This document shows positions 1-8,207 of a stretch of 64,000 nucleotides of DNA, piece by piece. The DNA is taken from IMG/VR virus record IMGVR_UViG_3300037313_001751, positions 1 to 64,000 of that record. One strand, given 5' to 3'. Under the pieces are notes generated by a model. That model was given only the letters and a program-made list of their open reading frames with translations. It was not told where the DNA came from and searched no databases. Both the position numbers and the translations under genes were made by a program. The first letter of the stretch is position 1. The number at the start of each line of letters is the position of its first letter. This DNA comes from a virus (lineage: Duplodnaviria > Heunggongvirae > Uroviricota > Caudoviricetes).

Positions 1-156
1 AATGTGAACGCTAATTTTTCGATGTATTATACAAATCGCGGAGAGCGCCATTCACTTTGGTGCTTTGAAAATAGGGCTGACGCCGACCTTTTCAAGCGCG
101 AGTTTGGAGGGATCTACTCGCAACATGTTAAGCAAGGCAAGCGTGAAGCTGCTTAG
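1..156 (+). CDS. 3' end of an unknown ORF truncated by the window edge (open frame from position 1 to TAG at 154-156)
   Basis: 51 sense codons with no stop from the first base, ending KREAA*; no recognisable motif. Confidence 0.25.
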   Translation, partial: NVNANFSMYYTNRGERHSLWCFENRADADLFKREFGGIYSQHVKQGKREAA

Positions 157-173
157 CAGTTAAAAGAGGCGCA

Positions 174-258
174 GGGAGGGGGCGAGGTTCGAACTCGCGC
201 TTGAGGACCCACTATCTCGTTAGCAACGAGACCCCCTTCACCGCTTGGGCACCTCTCC
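174..258 (-). tRNA. tRNA-Ser (anticodon GCU), type II with long variable arm
   Basis: Minus-strand cloverleaf: acceptor GGAGAGG/CCCCTCC (one mismatch), D-region TG-CCCAAGCGGTGAAGGG, anticodon stem TCTCG/CGAGA with loop TTGCTAA, T arm GCGAG-TTCGAAC-CTCGC; no encoded CCA. Confidence 0.65.
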
Positions 259-267
259 TTGGGCCTT

Positions 268-531
268 CTACCTTGTTGTTAATACAATTGCATAGCTGAA
301 AAATGCGAGAGAGAAGCATCCTAGAATAAGAAGCAGCAAAAAATTAATGATGAGGCTAGCAATCATAAACGAGCGCTGCCGCCTAAATTGATCCTTTTCC
401 GTTTCAACTATCTTATCGGCAACTAGATGATTTGATGACTCGACAACATTCGCAATTTTCTCACTTGAATCGTGGATCGCTGTTGTGATTTCTTTTACGC
501 CCTGCGGTTGAACCACTTCTGGATCCAGCAT
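268..531 (-). CDS. small hydrophobic protein, C-terminal transmembrane segment
   Basis: 87-aa ORF between two tRNAs; C-terminus MIASLIINFLLLLILGCFSLAFF is TM-like. Confidence 0.35.
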   Translation of the reverse strand: MLDPEVVQPQGVKEITTAIHDSSEKIANVVESSNHLVADKIVETEKDQFRRQRSFMIASLIINFLLLLILGCFSLAFFSYAIVLTTR

Positions 532-550
532 GTCCGGTCCTCAAATTAAA

Positions 551-625
551 TGGAGAAGGGGGTCGGACTTGCACCGACATAGAACAGCTTTGCAGGCTGG
601 CGCATATCTACTCTGCCACCCCTTC
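551..625 (-). tRNA. tRNA-Cys (anticodon GCA)
   Basis: Acceptor GAAGGGG/CCCCTTC perfect 7 bp, anticodon loop CTGCAAA, T arm GTCGG-TGCAAGT-CCGAC, 3' CCA encoded; ORF-track entries 530..808 and 541..798 overlap it and are spurious. Confidence 0.65.
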
Positions 626-653
626 GGATTTTTATTTAGTAGGAGCAATCTAG

Positions 654-724
654 TAGCCGGTACTGGAGTTGAACCAATATTAGCGAGGTCAAAGCTCGCC
701 GTCCTACCGTTGGACGAACCGGCC
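654..724 (-). tRNA. tRNA-Gln (anticodon UUG)
   Basis: Acceptor GGCCGGT/ACCGGCT, D arm GTCC-AACGGTA-GGAC, anticodon stem GCGAG/CTCGC with loop CTTTGAC, T loop TTCAACT; 71 nt, no CCA. Confidence 0.7.
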
Positions 725-879
725 TTAATTGTGTGGTTGTTCTTGCACCTCTGGCGCATCAGTCTTGTAAGATTACCATTTGTAAATTGCATCATCATGA
801 GCGACTAACCAATATCGGCCGCCTAGCAATAAACATAAGAGACATCCATACTGAAAAGAAGTTTACTTCTTACATGCAG

Positions 880-1155
880 TTAGTGCCCTTTTCTCTCCTT
901 GTTTAGCGCACCGATCAACTCCCACAAGCCATTAACTTCTTCTGTAAGTCTGGCTATTTGCTGCTCTAGTAGAGGTATTTTAGCAACTTCATCTCTGAGC
1001 TTTTGGTTGTCGCCAGCTAGCACCTGCGCATGCTTTTGCGCCTTTTTTGCACGTGCATAGGGGTTGGTTGCCCAATTAACCTTCGGTTTTCGGGGTTCAG
1101 GTCTTGGACCCTTAACAACGGGGGCCTTGGTAAAGATGTTGCTCGCCATCCTCAT
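880..1155 (-). CDS. hypothetical basic coiled-coil protein
   Basis: 91-aa ORF; N-terminus lysine/arginine-rich, C-terminus heptad-like (LEQQIARLTEEVNGLWELIGAL). Confidence 0.4.
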   Translation of the reverse strand: MRMASNIFTKAPVVKGPRPEPRKPKVNWATNPYARAKKAQKHAQVLAGDNQKLRDEVAKIPLLEQQIARLTEEVNGLWELIGALNKERKGH

Positions 1156-1333
1156 ATGTTAGCAGTTCCTGTAGTTTCAGCACAAACGTCAAATGCAGGC
1201 AGGCAACCCACTTATCCTGGTAATAACAAACCTAAATATCTTTCCTTTAAACTTTTCTTGTAGCAAACTCACGCGGCAGCCAAACGTTTAACCAGCGTGC
1301 GTGGTGCACACAAAGGTTATGTAGGAGTTTGCA

Positions 1334-1708
1334 ATGCCAGAGCGGAAGAATATTAACGACGCAACCAGAGAGGATATCGCCGAGTTGCCGTTTATGAGCG
1401 ACACGCGGGCTGAAATGATCGTCCACTACAGAGAGGTTAACGGGCCCTATAAGCAGCAAAGAGACTTAGAAAAAGTTACTGGCATAAACGAGAGACTTGC
1501 GGCACGGGTAGCCGAGTATTTCGACATTTCTGAACCATCCGCTGACGAAAGCGAAGATCGTCCCAACAACAGGAGAGCACGTAGCTCAGATGAGGAGATC
1601 GATAAGGCGATTAAAGAGGATGAGGACGGCGAGGATGATGGCGACGAAGACGATGGCGGCAATCGCAGCGGTCGGGGTGGCCGGAAACGTGCCGCCGCTT
1701 CCAGGTAG
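1334..1708 (+). CDS. ComEA-like helix-hairpin-helix DNA-binding protein with acidic, RG-rich tail
   Basis: NINDATREDIAELPFMSDTRAEMIVHYREVNGPY...LEKVTGINERL matches the competence ComEA HhH pattern (VNINTA..EL..LPGIG..KA..II.YREENGPF...L..V.GIG); followed by a poly-D/E and RSGRGGRKR tail; terminator directly downstream. Confidence 0.55.
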   Translation: MPERKNINDATREDIAELPFMSDTRAEMIVHYREVNGPYKQQRDLEKVTGINERLAARVAEYFDISEPSADESEDRPNNRRARSSDEEIDKAIKEDEDGEDDGDEDDGGNRSGRGGRKRAAASR

Positions 1709-1718
1709 CTGAGGCAAA

Positions 1719-1750
1719 AATGGGAGGAGAAATCCTCCCATTTTTATTTT
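1719..1750 (+). terminator. rho-independent terminator
   Basis: GGGAGGAGAAATCCTCCC hairpin followed by TTTTTATTTTT. Confidence 0.6.
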
Positions 1751-1844
1751 TGGATCATACGGCAAATGACATGGTTGTCGAGCCAGGCAGGACACTAGCC
1801 CTGACGGGGCTGTGCAGCATGCCATTACGGGCTGTGTGAACAGC

Positions 1845-2312
1845 TCAGTTGCCTTTTTGCCTCTGGTTAAGCTCTACCTTGTCTTCTATCTTTTTCACAT
1901 ATCTTAATGTTAAGAACGTCACGACTGTTAAAAATGCTGCGACTGCGTAGTTACCAAATCCTGAAGCAACGCCGATCGCGCATGTAATCCAGATGCTGGC
2001 TGCAGTGGCGGTTCCTTTAACTGTCATCTTGTCTTTAAGTATTGCACCACCACCAATGAATCCGATACCAGCAATGATGCCTTGAACAACTCCTTGCATC
2101 ACACGGCTATATTCGGCTGTGCCTTCGGCAAATTCGGCACGTATTGCTATAACAAAGCCGCAAGATGCTACTGCAACTAACGGAAAAGTTCGTAGACCAG
2201 CGCTACGTTCAGATATTGCGCGATTCAGTCCAATTGGTAGAGCAAGAAAATAGGCAACAGCTAATTTCAGTATTTCGATCTTTAGTGCATCAAAATCAAA
2301 ATGCATTTCCAA
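1845..2312 (-). CDS. mgtC: MgtC/SapB family membrane protein
   Basis: 155 aa, multi-TM; GLNRAISERSAGLRTFPLVAVASCGFV...IVQGIIAGIGFIGGGAIL is the conserved MgtC N-terminal core. Confidence 0.65.
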   Translation of the reverse strand: MEMHFDFDALKIEILKLAVAYFLALPIGLNRAISERSAGLRTFPLVAVASCGFVIAIRAEFAEGTAEYSRVMQGVVQGIIAGIGFIGGGAILKDKMTVKGTATAASIWITCAIGVASGFGNYAVAAFLTVVTFLTLRYVKKIEDKVELNQRQKGN

Positions 2313-2330
2313 AACCTTAACCTACTCCGA

Positions 2331-2930
2331 TCACTTCCCAAGACTGTTTAACAAATGGTCTCTATTGTGCTGCTCAACCATTGCCCCGATTGCACAACCA
2401 TGCGCAAACGCTTTGTGGAAGGATTGTAGATGACCTGCGACTGTCTGCACATCGAGCTCATTAATACTGGAAGCAAACGCAGGGTAGTCGTTTGCCAGGC
2501 TTTGGAGCATAATTCTGACGTTACGCACCTCAACACTACCAAACGGTTCATCGAACAGAATGCGATAATACAACGCTGTAGGCGCCGGTCGATTGTTTGG
2601 CTTTAGTGTGATTATAGCAATGTCACGCAAGTAAGTTGACACTTCCTTACGCCAATGACTTATGTCAGGATTTGACGGCATTGCAAGGATTTTCAATAAA
2701 TGTGTGTTAAGCGGACGTTCAATACTAGTTATAACGCTTTCGGCCTTCTTGCGCGAAAACAACATCTCCAGCAGTGCGCCTTGTGCAAATTCCTTCAGCC
2801 GCATGCCGCAGTTCCCTAGACCCAGAAGTATAACGGGCCCTTCGGTAGGATCAACGTTAGCTTGGTAGCGAGGTCCCGGATTGAACGGGAAACTCCAGGG
2901 TATGAACCTAGCGAGATACCATTTCTCCAC
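2331..2930 (-). CDS. hypothetical protein
   Basis: 199-aa ORF co-directional with neighbours; no recognised motif. Confidence 0.45.
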   Translation of the reverse strand: MEKWYLARFIPWSFPFNPGPRYQANVDPTEGPVILLGLGNCGMRLKEFAQGALLEMLFSRKKAESVITSIERPLNTHLLKILAMPSNPDISHWRKEVSTYLRDIAIITLKPNNRPAPTALYYRILFDEPFGSVEVRNVRIMLQSLANDYPAFASSINELDVQTVAGHLQSFHKAFAHGCAIGAMVEQHNRDHLLNSLGK

Positions 2931-3102
2931 CGCGCACTCTATTTAGTCTTATATAAGTTTCTCCCATTTCACCCCATCCATTTGCTTGCAGTGCATTGAA
3001 GCATATGTCATTGCCTTCAATCGATGCCGCCTCCATATCACGTGAGTTCATGCACCATGGCCACACACTTTTACCACAGTACCTACAAGATTGGTGTGTC
3101 AT
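2908..3102 (-). CDS. small Cys-rich hypothetical protein
   Basis: 64 aa, CRYCGKSVWPWC; tandem with next small ORF. Confidence 0.25.
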   Translation of the reverse strand: MTHQSCRYCGKSVWPWCMNSRDMEAASIEGNDICFNALQANGWGEMGETYIRLNRVRGGEMVSR

Positions 3103-3103
3103 T

Positions 3104-3286
3104 TCACTCCTTAATTGCTACCAAAGATATAAGATGTTCACGCATCAGTTCCGACAAACTCTCCCAAGTCGGGCAGTGGTGTCCATCCGATGAACGCACA
3201 ACAGATTCATACTTTTCACGGGCAGCTTGCTCTCTGAACTGACGGTTACCGGCGTTTGTTATTCGAGATTGAATATGTTTGCACAT
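3104..3286 (-). CDS. small hypothetical protein
   Basis: 60-aa ORF in the same orientation as its neighbours. Confidence 0.25.
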   Translation of the reverse strand: MCKHIQSRITNAGNRQFREQAAREKYESVVRSSDGHHCPTWESLSELMREHLISLVAIKE

Positions 3287-3339
3287 CGGACTATAGCCTT
3301 CCCTACTAACAGTTGGATGCTATCTCTATTGGACTGCGC

Positions 3340-3603
3340 TCAGTGAATGGTTGGCCTTTCGATAGTCTCAATGCGACTAAGAAAGGCAATGTTTTTTGAT
3401 GCCATATCGCGTGCATTTTTGATTTCATCCACCTTTTCTTGTAGCTCGGTCACGTGCCTACAGATCGCGAGGGAAGTAACGCACGCTCCAATACCAATAC
3501 CCGATAAAAGTGAAAAGATTGGCTCGTCGAAAAATATGCACAAGCCACCATTGACAACACTCAGTATTAAGACCGCTATCGAAGCTAGTTTTAACTTTCG
3601 CAT
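3340..3603 (-). CDS. small membrane protein (two TM segments plus coiled-coil tail)
   Basis: LASIAVLILSVVNGGLCIFF and GIGIGACVTSLAI hydrophobic stretches; chosen over the fully overlapping plus-strand ORF, which does not look like a protein. Confidence 0.35.
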   Translation of the reverse strand: MRKLKLASIAVLILSVVNGGLCIFFDEPIFSLLSGIGIGACVTSLAICRHVTELQEKVDEIKNARDMASKNIAFLSRIETIERPTIH

Positions 3604-3609
3604 TTGACC

Positions 3610-4161
3610 CTACAACAAAATGGATTGGCGAGCATTTATCGAGGATTCAACAGCGTCAAGTCCCATTCGGATACCGCTTTCGTTTTCGAGCAACCATTCT
3701 GCATCGCGATGTTTCTCAATTCCGTTAAGCAAATTCACTAACTGGCCAATCATCTGTTGATCCCAGCGTATAAGCTGCTGAAGCGTTGCGGCCTCTTGTC
3801 TATAACGCTGTGTCATCCGGTCGGTGCTAGGGACTGGAAGGGCGCGTATCTTGCCCTCTAGTTGTGAGATCTTCCGCGATATCCGCTCTAGCGTGCGCGC
3901 ATTTTCAAGGGCTCTTTGGTCATAGGGATTGTCTTTTGTAGGTGGTGGCAGGTTCATGCGACGATATTCAGAGCCGACAGTCTCGAAATATCCTTTTGCA
4001 AGGCCGAGAAGATAGCTAGCTCTTGCCCTCACCTTCAGGTCATCTTGTCGTAACTGGTTTTCGACCTTATAAAAGTTATACCCCCAACCGTAAAAAGCCG
4101 TGATAGCTAATTGCTCAATGTAACTCGCATCGTAGAATCTAGAATATGACTCCTCGATCAT
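3610..4161 (-). CDS. hypothetical protein
   Basis: 183-aa ORF; compact operon with the downstream SPFH-like gene (12-bp gap). Confidence 0.5.
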   Translation of the reverse strand: MIEESYSRFYDASYIEQLAITAFYGWGYNFYKVENQLRQDDLKVRARASYLLGLAKGYFETVGSEYRRMNLPPPTKDNPYDQRALENARTLERISRKISQLEGKIRALPVPSTDRMTQRYRQEAATLQQLIRWDQQMIGQLVNLLNGIEKHRDAEWLLENESGIRMGLDAVESSINARQSILL

Positions 4162-4172
4162 CGTTGTCTCCG

Positions 4173-4997
4173 TTATATGCCGGTCTTGCCGTCGACTGGC
4201 ATTAGTGTATTACCACCAATATTGAAGGGCAAACCAGCCGCAGCATTTGGCGCTGATATTAAGCCTTTGTCAGCCATCATAAACGCAAGGTAAAACTGCG
4301 CTGCCTCCTTTGGCGTCAAGCCAAGTGCCTGTAGTGAAATTAGGCCGCGCATCCTGTCATCTTTTGGTACGACAAGGATTTTCAAGTCGTGTAGATGGAT
4401 TCCGTATTCTCTGAGGAACTCAGCTAGGTGGTTCTGAACGCCTTCGCGCAAGTCTGATATTCTCGAATTAATCTCCTCTAGTTTTGTTGTTTGAATTACC
4501 TGATTGATCGACTGTTCAATCGCTGGTCCAGCATAAGCGGCTACTTCTGACGTGTTGATTACCAGGCCGTCAAACGGCATATGTTGGACAAGTTGATTGG
4601 CATCCTCAGCGGTGTTGATCTGGATGTAATAGTCTGCTGTGTATCTAACCTCAGCCATTTCTGCCGTCGTTGCTGTGCCGACGTTTTGACACATAAGCTT
4701 GGACCGATTTACGAATACCACCTCGTAGACCCAAGGAGAATCGCCACCCCATGCAAATGCCCGCACGAAATTACCAACAACGGGTTTATCTTCTGTGATC
4801 AGCGTATACTGCCCCATTTCGTACGTCTGTAGTAGCACGCCGCGTTCACGGAATATAGCGAATTGGTTCGGCTCTACGGTAAGCAACGATCCTGATACAA
4901 CCGCATTGTCGGAGCGCTTTAGCGCAAGATTGGCCTTCCCTAACAGATCCTGGCCATCCTTGCCTGTGCAGGTTATTATTTGCCGTGAACTGGCCAT
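4173..4997 (-). CDS. SPFH/band-7 (stomatin/prohibitin-like) domain protein, tentative
   Basis: 274 aa; beta-rich N-region followed by a long helical region typical of SPFH proteins; assignment by overall pattern only. Confidence 0.45.
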   Translation of the reverse strand: MASSRQIITCTGKDGQDLLGKANLALKRSDNAVVSGSLLTVEPNQFAIFRERGVLLQTYEMGQYTLITEDKPVVGNFVRAFAWGGDSPWVYEVVFVNRSKLMCQNVGTATTAEMAEVRYTADYYIQINTAEDANQLVQHMPFDGLVINTSEVAAYAGPAIEQSINQVIQTTKLEEINSRISDLREGVQNHLAEFLREYGIHLHDLKILVVPKDDRMRGLISLQALGLTPKEAAQFYLAFMMADKGLISAPNAAAGLPFNIGGNTLMPVDGKTGI

Positions 4998-5070
4998 TTT
5001 GGTTTCCTCCTCGTATTATGCCAATGTAAAGCATCTCGCATAGCTGTCACGCTAAAATTTTATATCTGTG

Positions 5071-5727
5071 CTAACAATCGTAGCCTTCGATATTGCGTAA
5101 GCCAATTTCAGGGGCAGAAAGATAGGTATCAATATTAAGGACCTGGTAAAACATAGCCTCGTTATTCAATAGGAAGATGCGTATTTTCTCGTAGTCACCA
5201 AGCCACAAACCTCCGTCCTTCGTTCTGGCAAACTTTTTGTTAGCGCTATATGCAAGAAGTAGAGGTATCAAATCATCCCTAATTTGATTTATATTCCGGA
5301 GATTGACGCCGGTGCGCTCAATCCACATCGCAAGCGCTTGTAGACTAACGGTGACTATTGGCTGTGACACGGTCCCAGATTTTGGCGCGATCCGCACTTG
5401 CCATACGCCGACCGCATAATCGATGTCTTGGTTATCACGCCCCTTGTTTGGCACTGGCGCAATAAAATATTCGAGAAACAGGTATTTTTTGCGCTTCATT
5501 TCAACAGTTTGCTCAATGCTACAGCCATCATTTCTATAAGAACGCCATTCTTTTGCCAACTCAGCAAAACGCTCAGGCCGTAATGCATTAGACTTAGGGC
5601 TTATGGCGCGCTGCGTTTTTTGAATGACTAACGTCAGGCGTGAAACAGTCTGCTGTGTATGTTCGGTAAGATCAAACCAGAATTGCCTTGCTTGACCTAA
5701 ATATTCTCTCGGTATACTATTTGACAT
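5071..5727 (-). CDS. hypothetical protein
   Basis: 218-aa ORF. Confidence 0.5.
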   Translation of the reverse strand: MSNSIPREYLGQARQFWFDLTEHTQQTVSRLTLVIQKTQRAISPKSNALRPERFAELAKEWRSYRNDGCSIEQTVEMKRKKYLFLEYFIAPVPNKGRDNQDIDYAVGVWQVRIAPKSGTVSQPIVTVSLQALAMWIERTGVNLRNINQIRDDLIPLLLAYSANKKFARTKDGGLWLGDYEKIRIFLLNNEAMFYQVLNIDTYLSAPEIGLRNIEGYDC

Positions 5728-5867
5728 GCCAGCAATTTAACGGCTGCCCATGTGGTAAACAAGACGCTCTTCACTATTGACATCTTGAAATGGTGTCGAT
5801 GCGTCGCTTTAATCTGATGCCAGATTGCAAATAGGCTGCAGCGGCTCGTTCGTTCAGCGGCAGTTTT

Positions 5868-6245
5868 TTAACTGTCCACTTTCTGAAAAAAGCTGACAGT
5901 GTCGAGGATCCGTCGGCTGTTTGCCAAGGCTGTATAACTGCGTTCTAGCCGCTCCTCCAGCGCACATACCGCCTCACAACGTGCACGGGCGCTCCGACGC
6001 GCAGCATTGATAAGTTCTTCGCGGTAACGGTTCGCGGCTATCTTTATCTTGCTTGCTGGTTGGCTTGAAGATGAATAGACCATGTTTACACCTCGCCATA
6101 CCTCAAAGCTATCGTAGTGCTCCTTACAGCAATAATACCACACAAACGCGCCAACTTCCTGGGCGTTTCCGTCGTCGTGCGCGGAAAACCATTCACCTGC
6201 CCTAATATTACGACCGATCTTCAAATAGAAGCGGTAATTCTCCAT
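5868..6245 (-). CDS. hypothetical protein
   Basis: 125-aa ORF. Confidence 0.45.
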   Translation of the reverse strand: MENYRFYLKIGRNIRAGEWFSAHDDGNAQEVGAFVWYYCCKEHYDSFEVWRGVNMVYSSSSQPASKIKIAANRYREELINAARRSARARCEAVCALEERLERSYTALANSRRILDTVSFFQKVDS

Positions 6246-6355
6246 TGCTGTCTCCTGACTTCTATTTGATTGAAAAGAACACCACTTTCACATCAATGCA
6301 AGGGAAATGTGCCAGGATGTAACTATCGGTTACAATAGTTAATCTAATGTAGATA

Positions 6356-6444
6356 TTCCTGGCCGAGGATTCGAACCTCGCCTCCATTCAAATGGAGCCT
6401 TCCGATTAACAATCGGAGACCTTCACCAAGCCGGCCGGCCAGGA
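6356..6444 (-). tRNA. atypical long (type II-like) tRNA, identity ambiguous
   Basis: Perfect acceptor TCCTGGC/GCCAGGA, T arm CGAGG-TTCGAAT-CCTCG, D-loop TGGTGAAGG (Ser/Leu-like), then two consecutive anticodon-like hairpins: TCCGA-TTGTTAA-TCGGA (anticodon would be GUU) and CTCCA-TTTGAAT-TGGAG (would be UGA) within a 20-nt extra arm. Confidence 0.5.
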
Positions 6445-7170
6445 TCAACGGTATGCATTAAGCCTATATTCCACTGGCCTAACCATGGTATATTCGACAG
6501 CCAACATCACAGCAGCAAAGCAAATGCCGTAACCTATAATGCCAACTAAGTCGAAGTTTTGAAAACGAAGGCTGAGTTCGTAACCAACACCGTCTGATCG
6601 GCCAAGCAATTCGGCAACAAGAACAATTTTCCAGGTCAGCGAAATTCCAGTTCTAAACGCACTCACTATATAAGGTAACAATTGTGGAAGAATGCACACC
6701 CGAAGCCGTTGAACGACCGTTAAGCGGAATAGCCGAGCAACGTCTTCAAGTTCTCTATCAAACGCCTTAACCCCTTCACGGAATGTAGTGTAGTACGCTG
6801 GCACCTTCGTTATTGTAACAGCGCAAATCAACGCTACATCGGTCAATCCCAACCACACATATGCGAAGATCATCACAATAACCATAGGAAGGTTCATGAA
6901 GATTATTATCCAAGGATCGATAAAGGCGTCGAACCTTTCTGATTTGCCGGCGATAATGCCAGAAAGGATGCCAAGTGCGAACGAGGCAATAAACGAACAG
7001 GCAACGCGTCTTCCAGTAATAAGGATGGCAGATATCATTCTGCCATCCACTACCTCTTTTGACACAAACGTTAGGACTTGTAGCGGTCCTGGTATGTAAT
7101 GCAGTTTAGCAAAGAGGATCCAGGCACCCAGCCACAAGCAAAATGAGGCTATCCGAAGTGCTTTTACCAA
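6445..7170 (-). CDS. ABC transporter permease, NitT/TauT (SsuC/TauC-like) family
   Basis: 241 aa, about 6 TM segments; EAA-type loop ELEDVARLFRLTVVQRLRVCILPQLLP; C-terminus LVAELLGRSDGVGYEL typical of this permease family. Confidence 0.75.
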   Translation of the reverse strand: MVKALRIASFCLWLGAWILFAKLHYIPGPLQVLTFVSKEVVDGRMISAILITGRRVACSFIASFALGILSGIIAGKSERFDAFIDPWIIIFMNLPMVIVMIFAYVWLGLTDVALICAVTITKVPAYYTTFREGVKAFDRELEDVARLFRLTVVQRLRVCILPQLLPYIVSAFRTGISLTWKIVLVAELLGRSDGVGYELSLRFQNFDLVGIIGYGICFAAVMLAVEYTMVRPVEYRLNAYR

Positions 7171-8114
7171 AACACCCCGTCTATAACGGGACCACTTGTG
7201 CCGTTCAACCTTTGAACTATTTCACTAAGTATTCTTGCATCATTCTCGTTTTCGTCTTTGCGGCTGGTTTTAATGCCGTCTAAAAACCGCCGTTTAAGGA
7301 GAGAGAATTCTGTTTGTGTGACTTTGCTGACCAACGGCTTCACCTCATTCCATACTTTATCTTCCTTCAATTTGGCGCAAGCTGCTGCAACACATTCAGA
7401 GAACGCGCTAACGGTTCCTTTATTCTGTTCAGCCCATGGTTCGTGAAAAACAAAGCCGGTGAGGGCAAAGCCGTTCGACAACCCGACATGACGAGCTGCC
7501 GTCCTAACGTCCAAGAGATTCCGATACCCTAGTGCTTCAAGCTCTGGACAAAAATTCCAATAGGTAAGGACGGCGTTGAGTTTTCCATTTTCGAGCAACG
7601 CGGACAATATTGGTGGTGACGCATACGAAACAGTGGCCTCTTTCGCTATGTCAAAACCTGATTTAAGTAATGAGGCCCGAACAATTAACCATGATTTGTC
7701 TATCTCATTTCCAGCCACACCTAGCGTCTTTCCTTTCAAGCCATACGCGTGATCGATCGGCGCACTGGCAAAGATGCTTCCAGATGCACTAGAAAATGGC
7801 AAGAATTTAAGCGGGACTCCATATGCTCTTTGAGTTGCGGCAAAAAACCAATCAGATAGTATTATGTCAACAGAATTGGCTAAAAGCGCAGTGCGGCACG
7901 CTTCAATACTGGCCAATTTCGTTATAGAAAATGTGATTCCGTGCTCCTTATCCAAATCATGTCGTTGCGCAACATCGAGGACCCATTGTAATGAGCCATA
8001 CTCCAGCATACCGATCCTCAATGGAGTTGTTTGTGCATGGACTGAACTGGCTGACATTGAAACCCCTGCTATCATCAGTGCCCGTCTAGATATCATCCTG
8101 TGCTCCCTAAGCAC
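7164..8114 (-). CDS. ABC transporter periplasmic substrate-binding protein (NMT1/SsuA/TauA-like) with signal peptide
   Basis: N-terminal MISRRALMIAGVSMSASSVHAQ signal; immediately upstream of, and overlapping, the permease; alternating alpha/beta SBP-like sequence. Confidence 0.7.
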   Translation of the reverse strand: MLREHRMISRRALMIAGVSMSASSVHAQTTPLRIGMLEYGSLQWVLDVAQRHDLDKEHGITFSITKLASIEACRTALLANSVDIILSDWFFAATQRAYGVPLKFLPFSSASGSIFASAPIDHAYGLKGKTLGVAGNEIDKSWLIVRASLLKSGFDIAKEATVSYASPPILSALLENGKLNAVLTYWNFCPELEALGYRNLLDVRTAARHVGLSNGFALTGFVFHEPWAEQNKGTVSAFSECVAAACAKLKEDKVWNEVKPLVSKVTQTEFSLLKRRFLDGIKTSRKDENENDARILSEIVQRLNGTSGPVIDGVFW

Positions 8115-8207
8115 GAGAATAGTATAGAACAGATCTCCGCAATTTAAAGCAGAAAGTGGAGGACCTGCTTGGGAGGAAATCTGGTTCCTTACTGATCCAG
8201 AAAGCCA

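Noticed and set aside
530-808. 92-aa plus-strand ORF, and the 541..798 minus-strand ORF, from the six-frame track
   Set aside because: Both lie entirely over tRNA-Cys and tRNA-Gln genes. They are reading-frame artefacts of structured RNA.
3347-3607. Plus-strand 86-aa ORF fully overlapping 3340..3603 (-)
   Set aside because: Only one can be real. The minus-strand product has two clear TM helices and matches the local gene orientation.
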